Positions 50,280-61,503 of a DNA stretch of 64,000 nt are shown here, in pieces. The notes under the pieces are model-generated. The model did no database searches and was not told where the DNA came from. It saw nothing but the letters and a program-made list of their open reading frames with translations. The stretch comes from Raillietiella orientalis (lineage: Eukaryota), in assembly GCA_036172245.1 (NCBI GenBank), contig JAYWIR010000004.1:3782001-3846000 (forward strand). The letters are read 5' to 3'. Position 1 is the stretch's first letter. The number at the start of each line of letters is the position of its first letter. The position numbers and the translations under genes are program-made.

Positions 50280-51400
50280 ATCTCGAAGAATGGAGGAATT
50301 ATACTGCAGCCACTCGGGAGATGGTCACATACAGTGAAAAATGATACCATTATGGTTTGGATTCCATTCAAAATTTCTTTGCATAACATTATTGGTGGAA
50401 GCTACCAAGCAGCAGCAGAGGAATTTCACCATCTGTTCAGATCGACTGCTTGAATCGACAACTCGTCTTCTGGGAAAACCCAAATGAAGGTCCAGCTTAC
50501 TTTGATCAGCAGCGGTCCGTTCTGTGCTTCCAGTATGTATCACTGGGGCTCTGGACGCAAGTGCAGACCGCTTATTCTGACTCCCTCCCTACTTTTTCTG
50601 GATCTTCAGCGCACCGTCGTTCGCCGGATCCCACGATCCTACGGCAATCCCCTCCACCGTGGTTAGGACTTCTGTCGAGACCAAGCAGAGAATCCATCCT
50701 CGGTTTGCGCTCTCCTTTTTCCAAATCGAGACTGCTGGAATGCATGGGATCTCGCTCAGAGCTTTGACGTGTTCCACCACTGCTAGAATGATGACCGTTC
50801 CTTCGCCTCGAAACACCGAATCCAGAATGGGATGCCTGGAAGCCGTCGGCCTGCTTTGTTTGAGGGTAGCCCTCTTGTTTTGGGTTCCACCGTTTCTCCG
50901 TGTCATTCCATGACCATCGCTTGGCGGCCGCTGCAGCCAGTTGTGAGTGTGACGCGGGGACTTCTCGCATGTCGCGGGTCTTTTGTCTTTTCCATCTCTG
51001 GTGAGCGATGCGCGTACCTGCGGAAGATTCAGTCGGGCGATCGTAACGCATAGGGAATGCTCTGATGCACCAAGGTCTCCCATACAAGCCGCGCTCTTCC
51101 AGTGATCTGCACGCTATGGAGATACGAATCTCCGTGCTTCTTTGCACTGCATCGTGCTCAGTGGTAAAATATTATTATTGAATGTTTGGTATTATTGTCT
51201 GCATCATCCACTAAATGAGGAGAAGTATCACTGGGCATTTCGGAGGGAACATGGACCAGAGATGCTGTTAAAAACTTCAAGCACGATTTCATTAGAAAGC
51301 CAACACAAAAATGGAACGCTGGAGAACGAGCAAATTTCATTAAGTGAAAACGACGCAACGGACTTTACCACTAAGGACTCGCAAGTAAAGTTCTTTTCCT
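50280..51400 (+). mobile_element. Decayed copia RNase H relic interrupted by the 729-bp duplicate
   Basis: SYQAAAEE before the duplicate; NFKHDFIR and QISLSENDATDFTTK (KH...HFIR, I.T.EN.AD..TK) after it. Confidence 0.4.
50427..51155 (+). repeat. 729-bp near-identical direct duplication, copy 2
   Basis: Matches 42628-43356. Confidence 0.95.
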
Positions 51401-53929
51401 GAGTAATATCGCAACGAAATTGAAAGTCTGCACATTTCTGCAAGGAAGGAATCAATCGGTTGACCTTTTCCATTGATGACTGGACTCAGATATCGAAAAG
51501 TCACGATGTCAGTCGGGCGAAGCAAGGGAGATCTTCATATTGTTTCAATAAGAGTACGATTTCTCAAGCACGGAACAAATATCGAAATATTTTTCCTTCT
51601 GTCGCATACAGATGTTTCGAGATGTCTTCATGAATGACAAGGTTAGACCATTAATGTGAAGGGGCAGCGCAGGAAAAAGATAGGGTTGCAAAAATTCTGC
51701 TTCCTTCCTGAATCAAATAGATTAGGGAAGGAAACGTTACTGAGAAGCGCTCCTCGGAGCTAGCCAGCCTCAGCAGCACCCTTTGTAGTTATTGACAACG
51801 ACGAGAAATCAGGCAAAAATTAAAATCGAACTAGGGAGCAAGGAAAAGAAAACCAGTAGAAAACGGGGGTCATATAGAAGCGTCTTGCAGTTTCTTTTGA
51901 AAACCATCAAGTCGAAAAGATTTCATGACGAATTCTTTATGAGGTCCTGAACTCCTTGGAACTGTGCAAAATTATTCAAACGGTCGCACGCCCAGCGTAC
52001 TTGGTTCTGTTCACCGACGGTATAACGGGTGCTCATATCCTCGGATCCAGTTGTGTCTGCGCCATTGGGAAGGCGCATTTCTTGGAAAGATTCGTCAGGA
52101 GAAACAGCCCGATGAGTGTGGATGCTCGTTTTGTCACAGCGTTATCCTACAACTTGCAATTGCAGTCAGAATGCGTACTATCCGAGGAGGTGCTCTGTGC
52201 CTCCTAGCTATTCTTTTTTGGACTTTTTTGAGACTTCAACAATGACATTCTTCCTTCTTTTTTTCTTTGATTTGGTCCATTCTAACTCTTGCAATCTCTC
52301 TTCAGTGTAGAGGGAAGCAAGATCTCCTAGTTTGTTTGTTCCTCTAGTGAAGGGACAAAAAGACTGCCGAAACTCAGACTCATGGATCGCTAGCTTCCAG
52401 CAACAATTTTCTTGTTCTCCAAGTAAGGAATTCTCCTATCCTCCGCATGATCTTCAACCACACCAGTTTGTGCGTGTTTATTCCCCATGCAGATTTGTAC
52501 CCCACGCAAATGTAGTTTCATTGAACTTTCTATTGGAGTGATCATAAGATGGTAAGGGCAAATCAGGTCGTCTTCCATCCCTGAGGGTAAATTATCCAAA
52601 AGAAGGGAAGTGCAGAAAAAAAGTTCAAATCAATTCTTACAGCTGTAGAAAGTGTGGCTGCAAATTATCGTTCCGGAATTTTGAATGCAAGATCATTCAG
52701 CCACTTTGGGTAATTTAAGAATGGCGTTCCGATTATCTCAGGAACCACTAGAAGATACTTAGATTGAGTTTCGAGGTTATGTTTATCCTCTGACGGAGCG
52801 AGAAACAAAAAGAGAATTCCAACACTGGTCTGATAGAAAATTCCGTTAATCAAGTCGCAATTTGTATGAAATCTCAGGATACTCAGCATACAGTTTCACG
52901 TGAAGGGATAAGTGGAAGATCCTCTTGGAGATACACTCTACATGGCACGAAAGGGTTCTTCCGAGGATAACAGGTCAGATAGATTTACAAGAAAGAATAC
53001 AAAATATCATTACGAATTCCATTGACTTTCACTACAGGAAAACCAAATCCTAGTGAATCCCATTGGAGACCACTCCTGAAAGGAATGATGCCCTTTAAAA
53101 GTAATAAGAAAAGGATTTAATTCAAGGGTGAACAGCATTAAAGAACAGGGTGAATTCCCCAAACACTCTCATCCGAGTTTGCAACTCGTTTTTTAGGGAT
53201 GCAGTAGTGAGATGTTTTCGCTTCAGCATTCTAATTATAGCAGAGGTCTATAGAAAATAGAAATTCTGCGACCATGTTCCCTGACTCGAAAGTTCATTTC
53301 TTCGGTGTTATTGTGCTTGGCTTGAGCGTAGCTCCAAGTGATTTCGACTGAGCTGAAAGTGAAGGGAAACTGAAGCCATGGAATGGAATTGCAAAGCAGA
53401 AAACTGGAACTTCCTAGAAGAGTGATGCTTCTGGCCTGGTTAAGAAGAGAGAGAACACGTACGAAAGCCATTTGTACAGGAGGAAAATTGTTTTGATGTT
53501 ACGTGCCTGTATCACTTTACGACTCCAGTAACTCACCAGATCTCTCTACAAGGTCTTTGTCTCCTTTCCCGGTATTAATCTTCCTGAAGCACACCGAAGC
53601 CATTCGGGAAAATGGTTGGTGATGGTTCCACTGCACGCTATAAAAGCTTTTGTGGGAAGACTTGGAATGCTGGCCCGAAAGAAACATTCCAGGGCTTTCT
53701 CCGTTCACGTTTTCTCTGAAGGGAGGCAGGCAGCACATGAGGAACTGGCTGTGTGACCTTCTCACCCTAATTTTCGGTCCATTTATTTAAAATTAATAAT
53801 TAAAATTTTCTTTTTACAAAGTACCGGAATTCGTGAAAAGCATGAAGGAGGATATTGACACCATTTTGACATCCTCCTTCCTGCCGACCACTACACCCTC
53901 AAATTCCAAACCTCTTCAGCAGGAGAACC

Positions 53930-54450
53930 GGCTCTCCCGGGATGGGGCTCGTCAACAAGGTTCGACCCCGCTTCCTCTCCACCTTCACTTGGTAGCCCAC
54001 TTGCCACGCAGCTCGACCCGAAGGAACGCGCCCCACTCGGACAGCACACCGCCCTCGAGGTTCCTTCCATCTCTGTTCGTGGAGTTCGACGTCGAGTTGG
54101 CGGGGCCGAGACAGCAGCTCCTCTTCGCGCGCTCGTTCGGTTACTCCCATGGAAGCTCACCCTCCCGTTGCTCGGCCGCCGCCCAAAAACCGGAGCTACC
54201 CGTCGGTAGACGCACGTTGCGAGGGGTTTCCACGTTTGCCGCATCGATCTGCTCTGGCGCATCGAATCGCCAGCTGACCTGCGGGCCGCCCAACAGAAGT
54301 TTCTGCTTCATCCGATGCTGGAAGGCACCGCGAACACTCTCTCTCGCTATCGGCGTAGGGCCGAGGCAGATCGGGAAGTGTTTGATCGCTCGCTGGACCC
54401 ACGATCCCAGTTAGCCACGAGAATTGTGCACACTGACGTTGCGATTCCCT
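53930..54450 (-). mobile_element. Possible decayed gypsy RT-connection/RNase H relic
   Basis: GC-rich island with RAIKHFP, KLLLGGPQVSW, VRLPTGSSGFWAAAEQ / STDG (TDAS..G..L.Q), EEELL and LSEWGAFL..RGK. Confidence 0.3.
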
Positions 54451-54749
54451 CGTAGGATGGATGGGGAGCAGCGTCAGAGTATTTTGCTTTCATTGTTCTT
54501 TCGAGCCACAATAAATGTTCACGGAGTATTATGGAAGGGACAACCCACATCCAGAATTATAGTTCGGTCGCAGCAGGAGATCCGGGAGCAGCTGCGAGTC
54601 AACATCTGCTGTTTTAGAGAGATCTCGAGAGGTGATTTTCCATGTATCGCGGATGAGCCTCCCTTTCATGATGCGATTGACTATCGCATCGTGACGTATG
54701 AATAAGCAAGAATGTCGCTAAAAGTGGCTCAAGGCGTGCGACATTGTCT

Positions 54750-56400
54750 CGTTCCATGCCATTCAACTGCGTTTCGCTCATCTGATGGCCAATAGGTCTA
54801 AGCCGAGCCGCTCACACCAATCTGTAGTCCGAGAATCGCCGATAATCTTAGAATAATAGGTAGAAGCATGATCCGCGATGCAGTGTTGCGCAGAACTTGG
54901 TTTCCTCCTGGTCGGGGACTTTTCAATGAAGGTCTTCCATCCCTAGCGATTACACAGAACGCAATGTTCCTCCTCACGCTCCTGCTAAAAGTATCATTCC
55001 GAACTATCAACTGAGGCTCTCCTTCCAGGAGAAAAAAAAAGATCCTTCTTCGTTCGACGAGATGCCTGTTTTCAGACGCTCCGCATACTCTTCGTATATG
55101 GTCCGAGTGTCCGCTTGACTCCTCGATGCATTCCCGTACATGCAGCCTCCTCGTCGGAGGATGGTGATGAAATTTGCATCTCACTCATATCCTGTGAACG
55201 GGAAAGTTCAATAATGAACGGGTTGGGAGATATGAGCAGCTTAAAGAAGCTGTTTACAGAGAAGATACCGGTTCCATCAACCAGTTTAGTTAGTGAAAAG
55301 CATCCCATGGCACGCACCCCGTGGAGGCATTGGTTTGCGGCCTTTCCCACAACATTGTTTGATCTTCATTCCAATTTTCTGTCTGCGGATGGTCAATATC
55401 CTTCCAGAAAGGATACCAAGCCACTGGGGGTGCATTCATCCTCTTTAAGAAAGAAAACGTTTAGCGAATGGAGCTTCTTCTTGGAGGAGAGCCCACAGTG
55501 CATTAGAATCTGTGCCTTGTTCACGATCTGCCCCTTGGAAAGATGACTATCTAACAGATCAGTCCCAAGAGATCGAGAATAAGAAGAAGTAAGACATCTG
55601 CTGTTCCGAGATTCAGCCTCACTGGGGACATGACTAGAGAAGGAGCGAAGGATGATAAGGAAAGGCGAGCAAATAAATAAATAAATAGGGGTGGGATGGA
55701 GTGGTCTAGAGACGTTCAACATGATTTTCAAGGGGGCTTTTCCTGCTCCGAGAGCCTGGAAGTAAGGTGCTGTCACTGGTTTCAAGCTAGTCTGATCGTA
55801 CTCCTTCTAAGGTTGCCTTGTATTTCACATAGTATTCTGGTCGATTTCATGCAGCTATTCGTACAAGAGCCATTCGATCTGGAATGACGGCGGCATTTTT
55901 CCATGTCGACTTTTCCATGTTGACCATCATCGTTGTTCTCACATAGAAGAAAATCTCCAGCTAGATGCTACTGGTGAGTACCAAACAATGAGCGCTCATC
56001 CGTGCAGGTTCAGAGGGCCATCATTATGGATTTGGAACACCCCCGCCAATACGGCTGTAACCCTGCTGCAGCGTGACTCATCCCAAGAACATTTGAGGAA
56101 GGGTTTCGACGATTCCCCTCGTGCACGTTCCTTGGGTACCTTTCTGAGGAGGAGAGTTTCCCATTTCGAGGGGGGTCCCAGTGCATCCTTAAAGGTACAA
56201 AAGCAGTTCTTCACTGTGGCCATCTGGTGCAGGTGACCTTTTGGGAGAAACTGCATTGAGAAAGAAGGGAACCACTAGGGGAAACAGAGTAGCCTATTAC
56301 TGTATTGTGAAGGGATGCAGAGAAGCCCGCTGTCTCCATGCCTCTGCTCTTCATTGTTTGTGCCAATAGAAAGAACAGGAAAAAATTCCAGATCTGAGGA
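54750..56400 (-). mobile_element. Decayed plant-type L1 ORF2 RT relic
   Basis: KVPKERARGESSKPFLKC (PK....RPISLC), KVDMEK..QIEWL (KLDMEKAYD.VEW), PTPIYLFIC (PLSPYLF), KGQIVNKAQ (SGQ.VN..KS) and AMGCFSLT (Y.MSCF.LP), in the correct order. Confidence 0.55.
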
Positions 56401-57699
56401 AAAAGATGCTTTCACGAGAAGACTTGGGTGGAGGGAGAGTAACGCTTTACCAGTATGAATCACTTAGGGAATGAGTGAAAGGAAACTCACTTAGGGGATT
56501 CACTTAGGGGATGAATGAAAGGAATCGATGGAATTACCTCTCTGCAAATTTTTCCACGTCCAGTCTGTTTGGAAAACTAGGAAAATCGCAGGAATTTGGA
56601 ACTGATTTGGAGGTTGTTATCCAGAGGAAGACGACGCGAACCGCTCACACGGAGAGAGCTAAATAACGACTGAGAACTGATGATAGAAAGGAAAAGAAGA
56701 GCTCAGCAGTCTCACCGTGATCTAGTTACAGTATTTATTCTTGAGAGCGTGGAGAAGCCAACAAGAAAATTGTTTCAGGACAGGGATTTCCTCCTTGAGC
56801 AGCTAAAAGCGAGAATATTTTCGGGATTCCTGGAAATTGTCCCCTTAGGAGCGTTCGAGCCTTAATTAGGAAAAGCCGAGGAATTTGGGTCTTATGGATG
56901 AACAGGCTGAGCGGAAGGTTTTATGAGAAGTTTCCACGGTGCTGCTAAGGCGCTTCATGATCTTTTTCATAATGGGGACGGAACACGTGTTGGGGTTTTT
57001 GATGCATGGAGGATTACGATCCTTCCCCACTCTTGTCGAGAGTTCTTCGATGAGGAGACCCTCGCTCCCCGCAGAGAGCTTAAGCTGGCAAGGCGAGCCG
57101 ATTCTCTATCCTTCATCCCTCACAGTCCGGTCCGTGCACTTCGGACATCCAGAGAGAAACCAACGCCTCAAAGTTCCAAGGGGTCCACGAGTGGACCTTC
57201 CTTCCCCCACCTGCCGGAGGCGCTTCCCTGCTTCCTGGAGTCTCGCATTCGAGAACTAGCCACGATCCACGCCACAAGGCAGCCAACGGTTCACCTGTCA
57301 TGAAGTGAGGATGAAGATGTAGAAGAAGAGGAAACCGAAAACCATTCTGCCGAAAGACCGGACTTCAGCACTCTCTCAGAGGATGTCGTCAGCGGCGACG
57401 ACATCCTCTGAGAAGGTCACTTCGTCGAACCGCACAACCTCCCCCCTCGGGAGGCCCCTGTGGTCCTTTATCCAGCTTCCTCTGACCAAGCCGCTCAGAA
57501 GAGAACTGATACGACGTGGCTGAGGATGGAAGATGCTCCGAATGGGACCGCGGGGCCCGAGCCGAGACGTGGCATAGCGGCACCACCTTCGGACTGAGGG
57601 AACCTAGCACACGTAGGAACGCCCCCGAAACTGAAGGGAGGGGGCGTGGAAGGCTCCGAAAAAGGGCACGCTTAACGAGACAGAGAGTCCCTGGAGCGA

Positions 57700-58260
57700 T
57701 TTCCCGCCTACATGTGCTTTGCAGCATCCCATCAGGAAGGGAAAAAAAACTGCTAGCGTTCCAGTGCTGTGGGAAATCGAGTCATCTCCCAACTTCACCA
57801 CGGAAAATCAGCGTGGGAGAGTTCCATCACATAAATGGTGCTGCGGCTGCATCTTGCAACGGAGTGCACGTCCCAGAGGCTGCATGCTGCCCAGAGGATC
57901 CATTCACGATTTTCCTTCACTCCTGATGGCATAAGTGCTCGATTCTTTGCCTGTGTGCATCCTACCTTGCACCGTGTGCGCGGGAACGCGTTGCGAGCAG
58001 TATAGATCCCCGTCGCCTTGGCAACCCATGTTCGATTCTCAAGGGAGGGAGTCTAGAGCGTTCGGCGGGCGGAGGCCCCGCGGTCCATCAGAGTCTGCGC
58101 CTTGGCCATGATCTTCTCCTTGGAAGGGTTGCTACTCAGCAGATCGAAGGGCTTGTCAAGGTGTTTGCACGCCCAGGACGTTTCGAGCATTGATGAAAGA
58201 GTTTCCAACTGACCCAATTGGAGTGCCGCTGACTCATGTTCCACAGGATCTAGTTACAAG
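57700..58260 (-). mobile_element. Possible decayed L1 ORF1 (DUF4283/zinc-knuckle-like) upstream of the ORF2 relic
   Basis: LSSMLETSWA...AQTLMDRG, RTWV and GSMQPLGRALRC (C..C..GH...C-like). Position and strand fit; motifs are weak. Confidence 0.25.
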
Positions 58261-60047
58261 ATGTAGGAGAAATGCCGAATAGGGTTGAGTCCGCTTCTGC
58301 TAGAGGGTGACGGCCTGGAAATGTGGGTGATGCCACTGCTCCGAAGGTCTTGCTTGGACTGATACTATCGATTTCAGGAACCACTTGGGCGCCGATCGGT
58401 CTCTTTCATGTTAAGGCACTGCTAGGAAATCAGTGAAGGGAAGTAAGAAGAAGAACTCTCAACAGGATGGATCGCAGAACCCAGGGAGATAAGTCGCTGC
58501 CTCGTTACTCACTCAAACACATCCTTCTGGGGGAGGACGCGTCCGCTCGGTCCCGGACGGCGCCGGTCGAGAGAGTTTTCGGGAGATCCTTCGGGACTGG
58601 CGGCAGCAAGCGTGGAATACGAGGTGCTTTCTCTTTCCTCCTGTCTCCTTGGTCCAGATTGCGTCTGCAGAGTGATTTCGGATGCTTTGCCGATCCCAAC
58701 AGCCGCGGAACCCGTTTCCTAGGTGTCAGGGAGGAGCAAGTGCTTCGAGAACGCCCTCGTATAGGAAGGTCGATGAACGTGCGCCTTCCCACGTTCCCTG
58801 CAAGGTGCACGCAAGAGCACTGCGATCCGTGGTGTAGAAGCGGCAGAACACAAGCGGGCAGGATCCAGGTGCAAGTAGTTGCGCGCAGAGAGATGCTGGC
58901 TGTTCATCGAAAGCCCTCGTCCAGAAACCTCCATCCCCTCTTCTCTTTCGAATTCAGAGCCCAGGTGCTTTCCCACATGCCCGTCATCTAATCCCAGGCT
59001 CACTCACTCGTACCTTTGCGAAAGACCCAGGAAAATTCCTCGGCTGGAGTGCTCTCTCTGCCCGCGTCGCCCTGGAAACTCCAGTTCACCCTCTCCAGCC
59101 GCAAAGTCGTCATCAAATAGAGCAGCTGGTGGCGAAGAGCGGCTGCATTTTCTGGTAACGCCTGTCCGGGGCGGATTGCTCTCCACGGGGCGAGAGATCT
59201 GCGATGGGACCCGCCGCTTCCTTGCGCGCCTGTTACGACGTGGTGCAAGAACGCCAACGTCATGCGCGCCTCTCAAGCAGCTTTGCTGGCCCCATGCGCC
59301 GCTTCGCGCCTCCAGTGAGAACTCAGGGATACTCGTCTACTCTGGCTCACTGCACTTCCTACTGCTGCTGAACATTGCAAGGAGGGCTAGTTCCAAAAGG
59401 CGGGTAGAGAGGAGAAAAAGAGGAGGATGAGGGTCCGGCATGATGCTTGCTGGATGGAACCGTGGAAAACGTCTTGAGGAACAACTGGGAGATTTCCGGA
59501 ACCCTTGGAAGAGAGAGATGAAAGGCTATTAGGTTCTTCACTGCATGAGAAGACTTTCTATTGGAAAATTGGAGTGAAAGGGGAGTTGGAAGGCAGCGAA
59601 GCCTCTTTGAGGGAGGCAACGAGATCCTCGCAGAGGTGGGATGAAATGGAGAGGTCGAACTGGAACCAACAGAGATCTCACAGGGGTGGGAGCAGGAGCC
59701 TGGAAGCAACCTACAGCCAAAGAGTTGCCGGAAGCAAGAAAGAGGCGGTATGCTCGCCCGGAAGCATGTCTCCTTTGTGACGCACGAGTTTGCAGAATGG
59801 TCATCAGATCGTGAGCGACGGTGGATTATGTAAAATGCTCCATGTGCTTCTCTTCATGATAGCTCCTTTCGCTGCTGATGAGGGAAACAGATTCACGCAT
59901 CTGGGAGAGAGAGATCTCCCCTTCCCTTCCAACGTGTCTTCATGGCTTCTTGTTCTTGGAGGAGAACTCCGTGGGCGCTGATGAGCTCCGTCTAACATCC
60001 CCCATATCGTGAGGTGCAAAGAGGATCCCTCCTTTCGCCGGGCGTTG

Positions 60048-60470
60048 CAACCCGGTCACTCCAAGGAGTTTATTGAAACAGTAAGCTTACAACCATTGTA
60101 GCAGGGCACGTGAACCTACCACATCCAATTCTGCAAAGGACCTGCTAAGTTGTCAGTACGTCTCCGGGAGGGACTGGAGACGTCAGATTCCGCCCCGAAG
60201 ACGGAAGTGCATCCTCCGTCGAGGCACCCCATAAGTCGGGACGCAAGTCCAAGATTCCACGGGGACGCATCCTGCCCCGCTGGGGGGAAGAGATGGCAGC
60301 TGACTGAAAAGCCGGCAGCGTGGGAACGCAGGACTCCTGCGATGGGAAAGCCCCGCTCTCTGATGCTGGTCAGGGAACCGCAGGTGAGTTGGGCGCTCAG
60401 GTGTCCCAGGTGGGCGAGAGTTCCTTCTTGCGTCCCGCCCGATCAGGAGGGAGGAGCAACGATGCAAATT
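60048..60470 (-). mobile_element. Short decayed LINE 3' fragment
   Basis: GTQEGTLAHL (CG..ETL.HL). The reverse complement of 60048-60074 reads AATAAACTCCTTGGAGTGACCGGGTTG. Confidence 0.55.
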
Positions 60471-60479
60471 TCTCAGGGA

Positions 60480-61503
60480 TAAGAACCGAGCTCACCTCCT
60501 GCCTCGGAATCTGCGTGGTGGCCTGCTGGAAAGTCAACGGGATGAGGGATGCTCACCTTGCACGCAGCTGCTCCGAAAATCTTTTTGCCGGGCAAGGAAG
60601 AGTTGAAGAAGCGGAAGGAAAAGGGGAACAAGAAAGACGCTGCACTACCAGGCTCACTTACCGGCTCGCGGCAGCATCGAAAACAGAAGAAAATATCCAA
60701 ATGCGTGGGCTACTCAGGAGCTGACAGATGTTGCCACCCTGAGTGTCCCTCCAAAAGGACTTCTACGCTGGAGAGAGCTACTAGAAATTCGTCCGGAGGA
60801 GTGCTTCCCAGCGTGCTGGAACAGAGCAACCTTCCCCCTAAAGTTGCAGAAGTCAGCGACCCTGCTGTTGCACTGGGGCCTCCCTTGCAACGCCCGCCGG
60901 CATCGCTGGACACGGGTGTGTGTGGACCCGAACTGTGCAAGGTGAGGGTGGGAGAGAATCCCTCCCGCACCTCCTAGTGAATTGCGTTGCCTTTTGGTCC
61001 CTTTGGGAGCGCTTTGCCGCGACCCATGGAACCCTCGGCGGCAATTCCAGAGACGTTTCGAAGCTCCTCTTCCTGTTCAACGCCCTCACGCCGGCTGCAT
61101 CCCTAGCAGCGTTGTGCTGCCTATGAGAGATCGTGGCCGCATGGAGCAACACTAGAAGGGCCAGAACGACAGGGACGCCATCTATTTTGCTGTCCTCTTC
61201 ATGAGGATAGCGTCAAGATGGCTCCCCATCAAAGAACGTTGAAACAGGAAATTGTAGGCATCCTGAAAAGAATGCAGAAGACGCCCTCCAACACCCGGTG
61301 ATCCCTTCCCGAATGGCTCCACTTTTTTAATGTATTCTTTGTTTTCATTATCTTTTTTGTTTGTCCCTCTTCTCTCTGCTGCCGAGGCAAACCCCGCCGG
61401 CTTGCGCATCGGTACTCAGCAGGTTCCGTTTAATATATTTATAACGTACTGACCTATATGTTTATTCTTTTTATATAAATAAACGCCCAGGCTCAACCGG
61501 GTG
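60480..61503 (+). mobile_element. 5'-truncated LINE 3' fragment
   Basis: LLHWGLPCNARRHRWTRVCVDPNCAR / RESLPHLLVNC..LWERF...TPAASLAALCCL*EIVAAW, then a T-rich UTR, AATAAA at 61478-61483 and CGCCCAGGCTCAACCGGGTG. Confidence 0.8.

Noticed and set aside
42628..51155. LTR pair of an intact LTR retrotransposon
   Set aside because: I found no TG..CA termini or TSD. The interior is a mix of old relics in both orientations, incompatible with near-identical LTRs.
53955..53972. B-box-like GGTTCGACCCC (also GGTTCGGATTCC near 35189)
   Set aside because: No A-box at suitable spacing and no homology to the SINE body. Likely chance.
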